Below, piece after piece: positions 37,752-49,635 of a stretch of 64,000 nucleotides of DNA (its first letter is position 1; every line of letters starts with the position of its first letter). The stretch comes from Octopus sinensis (Eukaryota). The position numbers and the translations under genes are program-made. The stretch spans positions 28,334,001-28,398,000 of the forward strand of contig NC_042999.1 of the NCBI RefSeq assembly GCF_006345805.1, written 5' to 3'. The notes beneath the pieces were generated by a model, which saw only the letters and a program-made list of their open reading frames with translations, was not told the DNA's origin and searched no databases.

Positions 37752-38316
37752 AATAATTCAACGCCACTAAAAAGTGTCTAAAGGTGCAGGAGGCACTACC
37801 ATTGCTTGAAATAGACTCTTTTGTCACGAAGGCACCACCTCCTCAATGGAAGAAAGAGCCCTTGTTTGGCACGCCAACTTTGTATGAAATTAATGCTTGT
37901 CGGTGGCGGCTATTCCCTTGTCAGTAAAATGATATGTTCATCTGTTGCTAAAAAGTTTATGTCCCTTATTTCTAGCAATGCTGATGCTCCCTACATCCTT
38001 GGTGACTTTTAGTTACTTTTATTCCCTTTTTTGTTTTAAATTACGACTAGACACTTTAATTATTTTATACTATTCACGTTACCATTTCGGTGAATCAGCC
38101 ATTTTTTCCTATGGCAAATTCTATAAAAACTGAAAATGAAATTTCAGCTTCATCACCCGCAATGGAGTAAGCATTATTGATGTGCATTAATTTCATGCAA
38201 AATTGGCGTGCCAGTCTAATGTCTTTGCTTGCAGTGGTTAGAGTCTAGGACTCTAATCTCTAGTAATGGTGGTGCTCCCTGGACCTTTGGTCACTTTTTA
38301 GTTATGGTGAGTTATT
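37752..38316. mobile_element. MITE-like element with long (~140 bp) imperfect terminal inverted repeats
   Basis: aataattcaacgccactaaaaagtgtctaaaggtgcagg..tggcacgccaactttgtatgaaattaatgc mirrored by gcattaatttcatgcaaaattggcgtgcca..ggacctttggtcactttttagttatggtgagttatt. Confidence 0.75.
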
Positions 38317-39309
38317 ATAATAATGATGATAATAATAATAATGATAATAATAATAATAATAATAATAATTTTATATATATATATATATATATAGACATAT
38401 ATGTATATATATATTTATATTTATTTATATAAATATATATATATACATTTATGTATGTATATATGTATATATATGTATATATTTATGTATATATATATAC
38501 ACACATATACATATATTTACACACACACACACACACACACACATACACAGATATTTATCGAAATTGCAAAGGCAATCTGGAACTCGAATAAGGAAAGAAT
38601 ACTTCGAATGACCCGTCTGTGTTTCTTCTTGTCCCTCTTTTGTATCATCTATCTGTCTGGTTGATCTCCGTTCTTGTCCTATTTTTTTGTATTCCTTTAT
38701 ATATATCAATTTACATATATGAGAAATATACTCGAAAATGCATAGAGAATATATTATGATTAATTAGAATTTACTAATTTACTTAGATTTTAACATATAG
38801 GTATACAATCAGCCGCTATTACATTCGATTTCTTTCAAAGTTTATAGTGTATGGAACTGCTTTGCTACGTGTGTCTTCTCTGGGATTGTTGCAAAAACTA
38901 TTTCGTTTTAAAGAAAAGTGTGGCTCAGAATGCTATCCGTTAAGGTACAGATTGATTGGTCAAATTTCATGTGTAAAGTTTACGTGACAGTAGCGATAGA
39001 AAATCATAAAATGCTTTACTCTTATATATATATCATATGAGAGAAAAGTGTTTTATGAAATAGTGATGTTTATGTTACAGTGTTTTCTTTCTCGTTTCAT
39101 GTTAAAAGTAACGGAAACTGAAAGTTGACGTTAATTAAAAAAATGTAATAAAAACAATTGTTTAAATAGATATAGATAATTATTGTTTATTATTCTGTCG
39201 AAAAATAGTATTTTCCCCTAGTGCTTGTTCTCTAGCAATGAATATGTTAAAATATATCCCTTCTATTTTAACAAGCTGCTGGATAAGTAATATAACAAGA
39301 TGTGTGTAG

Positions 39310-39490
39310 GCGGTGAGAATTTTTATCACGTGGGGCAATATGTTTGACGATATTTCGTCTGTCTTTACGTCCTGAGTTCAAATTCTGCTGAGGTAGATTT
39401 TACCTCTCATCTTTTCAAGGTCTATGAAATAAGTACCAGTTGACCACAGGGGTCGATGAGACGACTTAACCTCTCCTCCGAAATAGCTGG
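39310..39490 (+). mobile_element. Old family-C-related SINE
   Basis: gatatttcgtctgtc..ctgagttcaaattctgctgagg..taagtaccagttg..ggggtcgat. Confidence 0.7.
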
Positions 39491-39614
39491 TCCTGTGCAA
39501 AAATTTGAAACCAAAAATCGAGATATAGAGTAAATAAGATACGAGCTGAGGAAGACATACATATAATATATTTCTACTTAAATTAATTCATAATAGAAGG
39601 CGAATGCGCATAAT

Positions 39615-40560
39615 TGATGCTTTTATAGCCCTTTCAGCTGTGTTTTGTCTGTTTTAATATATGATATTTCATTATTTATTCTTTTTTGATATGTAGTAAT
39701 ATCTGTACATTGACAGAGTGGAATGATAAGAAATTTGAGAGATTTAGTTATCGTGTATGCTTCCAGATTGCCCTGAGTGAAATTTGTCTAGACGTCGGAT
39801 CTCGTATTTGTTGACGATGAATTGTTAATCTCATTCTTAAAGTGAGTTCAGGTTTTTGAATGTAATCTTCTCTACTTCAATTTCCTTTGTTGTCATGTAT
39901 TAAAAGTTTTGAAGAACCAGTAAACTGATATTTCAGAGTAAAGACATGTCCCGATTTAAATTTAAACAATTAGATCGGCTGCACTTGCTAGGCGTTGGAG
40001 TTTTATCTGTAGTTGGTAGTTTCGAGTTCGTAAGTTTTTCGGCATTTCGTTATCTTTTGATTTGTTTCATGATGTAAGTGGGTATTGGCCTAATAATGGT
40101 TTGTATGTTGCAATTCAAGAATTCTAGGTGTATGTAAATTGTTTTTGGCGTTTCATAATTGTTCAGTACTTATTGATTCGGTGCGCTCTATTCCATTCTT
40201 TATCGGAGTAGACGGCTATTTCTTTCTAAGTAGCACCTGTTTTAATTCAAGGAGTCTTTTACTCTGAATTTCCGGATTAGAGACAATCATAAGGATTCTT
40301 CTTGCTTGATTAAATCGAATATTGCATTTAGCGTGTTTTGGTTGTCATGAAATAAATAGTAGGCACTGTTTGGAGTTCGTTTTCAGTAGTATACGTTGGT
40401 TTCTCTCTCCGTGTCATACTTTATAATGAAAATGTCTCAGAAGGGCAGTTGGTTTTGGGTAAACGCCATTGTAAACTGAATAGTATTATTGATGTTATTG
40501 TGTAGGAATCTGAATATGGTTCTGAGCCAAATTGTTTTCTTTAAAAGCAATTCTCTTTCA
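39615..40560 (-). mobile_element. Degenerate Penelope-like element (RT C-terminus, linker, GIY-YIG to stop)
   Basis: NNINNTIQFTM..QLPF*DI..NVYY; CNIRFNQARRI..RLLELKQVLL..KNGIER; TLRMRLTIHRQQIRDPTSRQISL; KRINNEISYIK..QLKGL*. Confidence 0.8.
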
Positions 40561-41102
40561 CAATCAACAACGGCCAGTAAAGATAACTTGCAATGTGATG
40601 CACTTTTGAAAATCTAACGTGAAACTGGGAAAGTGTATACACATATTTTAAAATCAAAATGAATTCTAATTGATAATAACATATTCACTGAAGACATGCA
40701 ACAAGAATTTGAAAGTAACATAGATTCCTTAAGCTACCCAACCGGTAGAAGAACTAGGGGCATACGAAAAACAAGAGAGTTGGAGAATATCTATTATTTG
40801 AGGTACGTTTCATAAATTAGCTGGAAAATCTAATCGCTGTTGCTTCTTGTGGAACTTTATGGTGCAGAAATGTGAGGTAAGGGTTAGGGATAGTGTGAAG
40901 AGATGATAGATGGCAGGATTCAGAAGTGAATAAAATACACGATGTGTTTATGTGTGTATGACTGTCTAGTTTATTAGTTATATATACATATTATTTTCGC
41001 TCTTCTAAAAAACTTGTCTTTGATTCAAATAGCCACGGCAGCTGATTCTTATGTGCAGGAAATACAGAAATGCACAGACACTCAGACACAGAACACACAC
41101 AC

Positions 41103-41180
<78 letters not shown>

Positions 41181-41810
41181 TTACTGAACCACATACACAC
41201 GTATTAAGCTACGAGACAGCGATGAATAATAGCCGACACGAAAGAATATTTAAAAACCCTTGTATTAAAAATTTCTTCTACAACACTTCGATTTATATTT
41301 TCTCTTTTATCAATTCTAGCAGAGTAATTTATGAGAAAAATGTTGAGCATAATGTTAAGCAAATACTACTTACAAAAGTGCAAAAAGAAAATTCATCTTA
41401 AATATCAAACACAGCATGTGCCGCAGCATTGGTTATCTTTCCGAAAACCGCTTCTGTTTAACTGTTTTAAACTTTGGTACTCTCCTGAAAATATTAATTT
41501 ACAATTATGTTCATTTCATTTGTGCGTCAATATAGGTTTTATGTAGCCATTTTACAACATCTTTATCCAGTTCGCAAAATTATTATTTTCTTTACCAGTA
41601 AATATCCAATTAGTTTAATTTCAGAGTTATTCTTCTTTAGAAAGTGACTTGTTTTGAGAGCTTCATCTAGATCTTAAATAGGTGCAACTAGAATGTATAT
41701 CTTAGGCATATCATGTATGTATCCGTCACTTGTTAAAGAACTTGCAGGGTGATTTTGAAGATATTCGTCGGCTACCCCTTGCAAATATATATGTGACATT
41801 TCAAACATTA

Positions 41811-42060
41811 TTGCTGTATTTAGGAATGGTCAGTTTGCCAGTTTAGCCAATAAAAACACACGCACTATATATTTGGTGTTACTTTGCTTCAGCGTTATTT
41901 ATTTTTTATATTAATCTTAATCATATTTTGGCCAAATATATAGTGCGTGTGTTTTTATTGGCTAAACTGGCAAAATGGCCATTCCTAAATACAACAATAT
42001 CTGTTTCATCAGACGATTTTACGTAAAAAATCTTGCAAAACAAATATATAAACGTAACAT
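41811..42060. repeat. Fold-back copy (66-bp arms 41811-41876 / 41932-41997) of the 2-kb inverted repeat family
   Basis: ttgctgtatttaggaatgg..cgcactatatatttgg mirrored as ccaaatatatagtgcg..ccattcctaaatacaacaa; 41998-42060 matches the reverse complement of ~1998-2062. Confidence 0.9.
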
Positions 42061-42518
42061 TTCAAATGTATGTACACAAATCCACACAAAAACGTCTACG
42101 CACATATACGCACCTTTCATGCATCTGTCGACGCAACTTATATGCACGCGGATGCACACGTACACACAAAGAAGAACTAACAGATCCATAATCTCCCGAA
42201 ATTTCAGTGCTATATGTTGGACAGTAGAATTAATACCTCGGTAAAGAACAAAATGGAGACAAATAAAGGGACGGCATTACGATTGTTAATGGTGTAAAAC
42301 AATAAAGAAGTAAAAAAAAAAGGAACCCCAAAATATAATAGTGAGTACGGAAATTGGATTGATAGACATCACATGAACAATAGCAATACCACCAACATCA
42401 CCACCGCCGCAACCGCCACCGCCGCCGCCGCCGCCGCCGCCACCACTGCTACCGCTGCCACTGCCGTTATCACCAGCACCAACACTACCAACGGCTATTA
42501 ATAATAATAATAATAATA

Positions 42519-42558
<40 letters not shown>

Positions 42559-42559
<1 letters not shown>

Positions 42560-43205
42560 GCCCTGATGCAGTACCAGGCAGTGGCTCTCATGGCTTCTGA
42601 TTTTAACTGATTGGAAGTGTTATCATGTACATTGTTTTGTCTTGGTATAAAAGATGGGCTACAGCAAATATTCTGCTCAATACCACATATTTGCTTGTCA
42701 GTTGTTTGACCTTAACCAGTTGAGCATGTCCCTTAGTGGCTGACGTTATGTGCATCTCTGATCACGAGCAGAAGTAGTGGGGGAACATCATAGCCATGTG
42801 TTGTGAGGGATTCTTTGGGGTTTGAATAAGTCACCTCTGGAAACATGGGTGGTTCTTTCAACATCCTTAAACAATCCTTATTCAGGGACCTTTTGAGCGG
42901 GATGGGCTACTCAACCTGAAGAAAATTCTAACTGGGCCCCACCTGCTGTTTATAATAATATTAATAATAACGCCGTTTTACTTGGAAAGAAACACAGTTA
43001 TTCCGGTTTAATTTTGTTAATTTCGTTTTTTAATTTGAACTCATTAAAGACACGCGGAATGTCGAAATATTGTTCAATCGTTTCATATTCATTTTAATAA
43101 AGAGAGCCATTCTCTATTTATCAGACGGGTAGTCATGATGGGTATACTGGGCTTCGTATATTTTACCCCAGTGCCACTTTGATGGCATGCACTGCTCTCT
43201 CACTC
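42559..43205. mobile_element. Non-coding interspersed-repeat-like element flanked on both sides by (TAA)n
   Basis: Starts right after (TAA)n at 42558 (gccctgatgcagtaccagg) and ends ctctctcactc-(aat)n at 43205; no ORF; that it is one element is inferred. Confidence 0.5.
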
Positions 43206-43249
43206 AATAATAATAATAATAATAATAATAAATTTTATTAATAATAATA

Positions 43250-44011
43250 CATAATACGATGAAGGGTTTATAGGCAGAATACGATATAGCTTCTTAAAAC
43301 TTCTTATAAACTTCGATATCTTCGCTATGATAGCGACTCCCAACTTGCCGAAGTTACTCTTTAAAATTTCATAAATTTCCATATATGAGGTCCTCTCAAA
43401 AAAAATCTATAGTTCTATGCATAAATTCGCCCACACTCTGGAATTTTGTCGAGCTTACCTGCCTCCCGCTTCGTCTCCCTTCTTTCCCTCTTTCCCTCTT
43501 CTTCCAATGGGTTCTCAGTACTGCTGACGTCATTCATACGATGAAATGTTCACATAATAGCTACCCCCAAAATGAGTAAGCTTTTTCTTGTACCTTCTAT
43601 GTTTACTAAAACTTTGCGGTGGTTATGTTTATAGACATTATATCTTAAATACGATGAAGAGTTTTTAGTTAGAATACAATAGTCCTTCTTGGATTTCTTA
43701 AGACATGGTCACTTAACAGCTCCCGCTTTTTCTAGTACTTTCCATGTTTAATAAAACTTTGAGGTGGTTATGTTTATAGACATTATATCTTGAATATGAT
43801 GAAGTCTTTATAGATAGAATACAATATCTTCTTAAAAATTCTTTGCTATTATATAGCCAGTCCGAAGTTGCCGAAGATGCACTTTAAAATTTTATAAATT
43901 TCCACTGCGTTGCACCTTGTGCAAGTGTCTTCTAGTATAGTCTTGGGTCGACCAAAGTCTTGTTAGTGGATTTGCTAGACCGAAACTGAAAGAATCCTGT
44001 CATATATATAT

Positions 44012-44067
<56 letters not shown>

Positions 44068-44441
44068 CATGTCTGTGTCTGTGTTTGTCCCACCACCATC
44101 GCTTGACAACTGATGCTTGTGTGTTTATGTCCCCGTAAGCTAGCGGTTCGGCTCGAGAGACCAATACAATAAGTACTTGGCTTACACAGAATAAGTTCTG
44201 GGGTAGACGTTTTCCACTAAAATGGCAGTGCTCCAGCATGGCCGCAGTCACATAACTTAAATACACAAAAGAATAAAATAATAAAAGAATATATTAGCTA
44301 TGCTAAGTCCTGTCAAAAAAAATCTATATTTCTATACAAAAATTCGCCCACACGCTGGAATTTTGACGAGCTTACCTGCCACCCTCTTCGTCTCCCTAGT
44401 CTCCCCCTCTCTTTCTCTGCTGTCTGTCTCCCTCTTTCTCA

Positions 44442-44488
<47 letters not shown>

Positions 44489-45190
44489 ACTCTCTCTCCT
44501 TGTGTCCATCTTCTTCCAATGGCTTCTGAGTGCTGCTGAAATCATTCATACGATGACACGGTCACGTAACATCCCTCCAAAAATGACTAAGGTTTTTCTA
44601 GTAGTTTCTATCTTTTCTAAAACTTTGAGATGGTTGTGTTTATAGACATCATATCTTAAATGCAATGAAGGTTTTATAGATTGAATACAATATAGCTTCT
44701 TAAAACTTCTTATAACCTTCGATATCTTTGCTGTGATAGCCAGTCCCAACTTGCCGAAAATACTCTTAAAAATTGCATAAATTTCCATATATTATCTATG
44801 CTAGGTCCTCCCCAAAACATCTATCGTTCTATACATAAATTTGCTCACACGCTGGAATTTTGGCGAGCATACCTGCCTCACTTTTCGTCTCCCTTCTCTC
44901 CCTCTATCTGTCTGTCTGTCTGTCTCTCCCTCTTACCCTCTTCTTCCAATGGGTTCTCAGTGCTGCTGAAATCATTCATATGATGACATGGTCACTTAAC
45001 AGCTCTCCTGAGTAAGCTTTTTCTAGTACTTTCTATGTTTACTAAAATCTTGCGATGGTTATGTTTATAGACGTTATATCTTAAATACGATGATTTTATA
45101 GATAGAATGCAATATTGCTTCTTAAAACGTCTTATAACATTCGATATCTTCGATATGGTAGCCAATCCCAACTTACCGAAGATGAATTTA
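43250..45190. repeat. Diverged tandem array of ~400-520 bp units with internal CT-rich tract
   Basis: Recurring ..aacttgccgaa..ttaaaa-ttt-ataaatttcc (ends 43380, 43903, 44786) and attcgcccacac-ctggaatttt..cttccaatgg-ttct-agt-ctgctga. Confidence 0.85.
43902..44289 (+). mobile_element. 5'-truncated SINE family A inserted at a unit junction of the tandem array
   Basis: ccactgcgttgcaccttgtgcaagtgtcttc..gaaactgaaagaa..(TA)(TG)..cgcttgacaactgatg..ccagcatggccgcagtca. Confidence 0.85.
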
Positions 45191-45339
45191 TAGTTCCCAC
45201 CCACCCTTACTCAATTACCAGCTATGTCAAATAACTATTCAATCAATCCATTTGTGCCACTGTTATCAAGTGAACAATATTTCGGCATTTTTTTTTTGCT
45301 TCTGTATACCTACTGGAGGAGTTACACCAATCCTATAAA

Positions 45340-45410
45340 ATATAACAATAATAATAATAATAATATAATAGTAGTAGTAGTAGTAGTAATAATAATAATA
45401 ATAATAATAA

Positions 45411-45471
<61 letters not shown>

Positions 45472-45480
45472 GTAATAATA

Positions 45481-45538
<58 letters not shown>

Positions 45539-45618
45539 TGATGATGATGATGATGATGATGATAATGATAATGATAATATTAATGATAACAACAACAACA
45601 ACAACAATAATAATAATG
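45340..45618. repeat. Compound (TAA)n/(TAG)/(TGA)/(CAA) microsatellite
   Basis: Direct reading. Confidence 0.95.
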
Positions 45619-47079
45619 AGACAACAGGGATGTGCTATACCTCTCCATACAAAAACAACACTAATCTAATAACATAGGTGGAATGGGATAGAGGAACCTG
45701 TGCAGGAATTGTGGGAAGCGGCATTTTAACGAAAATTATTACAAAAAGGATATATTACTGCAAAGAAAAGTGCAGTTTCTCCCATGTATGATGTCTCAAA
45801 CAGGTGCGAAAGATACATGGAAAATCAACATCAGAAAGTTTACAGATTATAAAATAGAAGTGGAGCAAAACAGTAATTACGTAAATTGAACAATAACGCA
45901 TACATTCGAATATTTACGCAACCATACATGCATTTTAATACCCATAAGACTACACATACATCCCAATGTTTATATAACTACGTGAAATTTACAGGAGACA
46001 CATACACGCATATGAAAACACGTGACGCAAACGAGGCAAAAGATATAAAACAATTTTTAGAAACAGTTTTCAAACTAATACAGAAAGAGTGAACAACTCA
46101 GAAGTTTAAAAACACAAAAACAACTATGCCCGGAGATAAATCTGTCAACGAAAAAAATACAGACGAATACAGATCTGTTAGCCTGAAGAAGTTACGTTAC
46201 GAGCAATGTTTTCATTGAGAACTCGGAGGCGGTGTTGTTTTAAAAAATTAACTCTTAACAGATCCGCCCCCTAATGTCAACGTCTAAGCTCGTCATGCAA
46301 AGCGAAATACAAACAGGATCGGCCGTCACCTGCGTCAACGAAGACCGCACTCAGCAGAGAGAAAACAGACTAGGTGCGAAAAACAAGCTACTGGTTCAAA
46401 TCTTCCCGAAACATAGGAGCTAGAAGTACCCCACAACCGAAATATTCCAACAAATGACCATCCACGCTTGGCATCAAATAACCAAAAGAAAAAAGAATGA
46501 AATATGGTCGCAAGGGTTATAATAAAGAACGTCTTAAGGACTTCTATCATGCCAGGTATTTCCACACAAATAAATCCAATACTGAACAAACCTACCTAAA
46601 CTAGAGACAGAAGCACATTGAAGGATTATGAAAAAGAACTTACGGAAACGAAGATGCAGCTAAAGAAGATACTACTGAGGAAATAATTATAGACCAATCC
46701 AGGTCTGATGAAAGTGCAGTAATGATAGAAAGAGTCAATGTAATTGATTGCAATGGGAAATACTGTCTGAAGCAACCATAAAAGCCAAGGCAGATGAAAA
46801 TGAAGTCGATGAAGAAAATCACACAGTAATCATGATCGAATGGCTGAAAATTAATGAAACCGGTAAGAATGAACGTGAAACTCTCCCAAAAATTTGCAAC
46901 TCTAACCAAAACCTGAAAGTAGGATTACGAAGTTTGATTGTGGTTGCTCCTAGTCCGCATAGGCACATTCGAACAAACACATAGATGATGTAGAAAAATT
47001 GTGCAGGCTTTGTCCTTTATTATTTGATTGTTTCTCGAGGAGTAGACTTGTTTGAAAACATTTCGTGGGACAAGTTATC

Positions 47080-47620
47080 AATCACGATGGCAAGTGGCTT
47101 CTCAATAATCATTTCTGATGACAACAAAAATAGTTAGTGCTCAATGAAAAGTTAGAAACAATCCTCAAATTGCGATTCCACCTGAAAAGGTTTCTGTCTG
47201 TGTTTGGTGGGATATGAATGGTGTCGTATATCATGAAGTGTCAGACCGAAAATTAATGCGGAGAAATATTGCAGTTAAGTGCAAGGAAGGCACAAGTTTT
47301 TGTATAAAAAATTTTCTGCTTTCAGTCAGTTTTAACAGGGTGTTGTTCCTACACGAACTTGCACGATTAGATGTTGATAACTTCACTCAGGAAAAGATTA
47401 GGGTCTAACTATAAAAGTTATTCCTTATCCTCTGATCTTTTCTGATAGTGCTCCATCAAAATATCACCTTTTCTGTTTATTGCGACAACATTGAAAAGGA
47501 AAACGAGTGAAAATATTAAAAATGATTCTGCATGATTCTTAGCTTTCAAACGTGGACAATTTTACTCTCATGGACCAACAATTTTCCATATAGATGTGTT
47601 TATGTTATAAAAAATTGGAA
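47080..47620 (+). mobile_element. Degenerate mariner (DD34D) transposase remnant
   Basis: VWWDMNGVVYHEV, RVLFLHELAR..TQEKI, IPYP..SDSAPSKYHLF in broken frames. Confidence 0.75.
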
Positions 47621-47910
47621 AAGAAAATACCTTGAAAAACGTAAATCATTATCAAAGAATTTTTTACCATCTTGAAATGCCATACGACTAACAATTATAA
47701 TATTGGTATCAAATTTTGTCACACAGCCAGCGAATTCTGGGGAGGTAGATTACATCAATTTTGGGAAGTTGATTACATGCAGTGATCAATCCCATAAAGT
47801 AGAAATATAAGGTCGATCTTGGTAGAATTTTAACTCAGAATGTAAAGAGTCGGGAAATAAATGAAGAATAATTTTGTACAACGTGTTTATATATATGAAA
47901 ACTATAAATG

Positions 47911-48112
47911 CAGGGTGTTCAAAAAGTCGGACAATTCTTATACACTGTACCTGCTCCCCAGAAATAAAAATCTGGCGGTGTTAAATCAGATGATCTTCGT
48001 GACCAAAGTCCCTTCGAAATAATCCAGTCACCGAAAAATTCCTAAAGTAGCACCATGGCGATGCGCAGGATGAAAAAAAAAATCACTGCGGCGAGACTTT
48101 TTGAACACCCTG
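47911..48112. mobile_element. 202-bp Tc1/mariner-type MITE with perfect 18-bp TIRs
   Basis: cagggtgttcaaaaagtc (47911-47928) and gactttttgaacaccctg (48095-48112); TA on the right, TG on the left. Confidence 0.9.
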
Positions 48113-49457
48113 TATAAAGACCTGTTTTCACTGAATAAATAGTTTCGCATTTTAGTTCAACGAAAAGTATATTACAACAGGGATTCTTAAGGTGTGTTTT
48201 ATATATGATATATATATAAGCTTGTATAACAAAGTGAGAAAGTTAGAAAGTAGCAATGGAAAAAAATGGAGTCACATGCTGTTTAGAGGCTTTTGTATTA
48301 AAGAAGATTTAAATGTATACATTTTTATGCTTCTCGGCTAATCTTCCGTTATTTTAGTTTAGAAAAAATTCATATTTAGCTCATCAGAATCCGGTCTTAC
48401 TGATTTCAGCTTCGAATATTTTATGTAATCGGTTAAATATCTAAGCAACAAACTAATCAATTGTTTGTTTTATTTGCTGGTTAAACAATCAATAGATTGT
48501 TTGTAAGTCAAAGTACTTTCATTGTTATGGGCGACTTTATCAGTGACAAGTTTACAAAGTTTGCCTTGAGTCTGCCTGGGAAGAGAAGAATGAGAGGAAA
48601 CGAAGAGTATGTGTGCACGTGTGTGTGTATGTGTGTGTGCGTCTGCTCATATGTGACTGTATATATACACTCAGGTGAAAGCCTGTATGTGCTTGAATTT
48701 TCGTGAATGTTTGGATTAGCTATCCGTAACCTCTGTAAGATTTCGTCCTTTTATTCAAGGGCAGTTTAATCTCAGATAATGCTGGAATTTTCTTGTCATC
48801 CAGTGAAGATGTAAGGGGAGATAAGGAGGGGTGAACGGGATAGATGTATGTGTGTATGCGTGTGTGAAAGCATCGTCACGCGCGATTTGGACGAAAGGAT
48901 TTTGACAACCGATCAAGCAACTGAGTGCTTAACTAGCACATTAAACAAACGATCGTTTAGTGATTTGGTTGGATATCTAAAAATAAGAAATTGGTATTCA
49001 ACCAGTGCATGTGTTATTATTATTATTGGCGTAATGATCCTCCCAAGTCACAACAAGATTTGTTTCAATATACGAATTTACGTCAAGAATGTTGCAAGCC
49101 AAATGCAAAAACGAAGTATTTGTACATGTAGTATCGGAAATTATAGAGAATGATTTATTTAATTCTCTTCAAGAAACGTTGTTATTCTCCAGTTAACATG
49201 TATTGTAAGATGATACGAATACAAAACATAATATAAACATTAACTAAAGAAAAATTACAAACTTTCTAACAGTTTGCTTGCTGAAGATATCCATAATTAA
49301 TTGGCAAAAGAACACGCAGCGCCGAATCTCGGTGAATGTGGAATATTTAAGTGTACTTATAGCGAAGTAATGGTTTCAAGAGTTTCACTACGATGACCCA
49401 TTGTGGTCATACAATGAAATTCTCTGTGAAATAAAAGACATAATCAGCACGTCTGAT

Positions 49458-49459
49458 TG

Positions 49460-49528
<69 letters not shown>

Positions 49529-49601
49529 ATATCTATCTATCTATCTATCTATCTATCTGTCTGTCTGTCTGTCTGTCTGTTTGCCTGTCTTTCTGTCTGT
49601 A

Positions 49602-49635
<34 letters not shown>
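49458..49635. repeat. (TCTA)n/(TCTG)n tetranucleotide microsatellite
   Basis: Direct reading. Confidence 0.95.

Noticed and set aside
46330-46900. Purine-rich coding-like stretch, possibly more LINE ORF1
   Set aside because: No diagnostic motif recognised; left unannotated.
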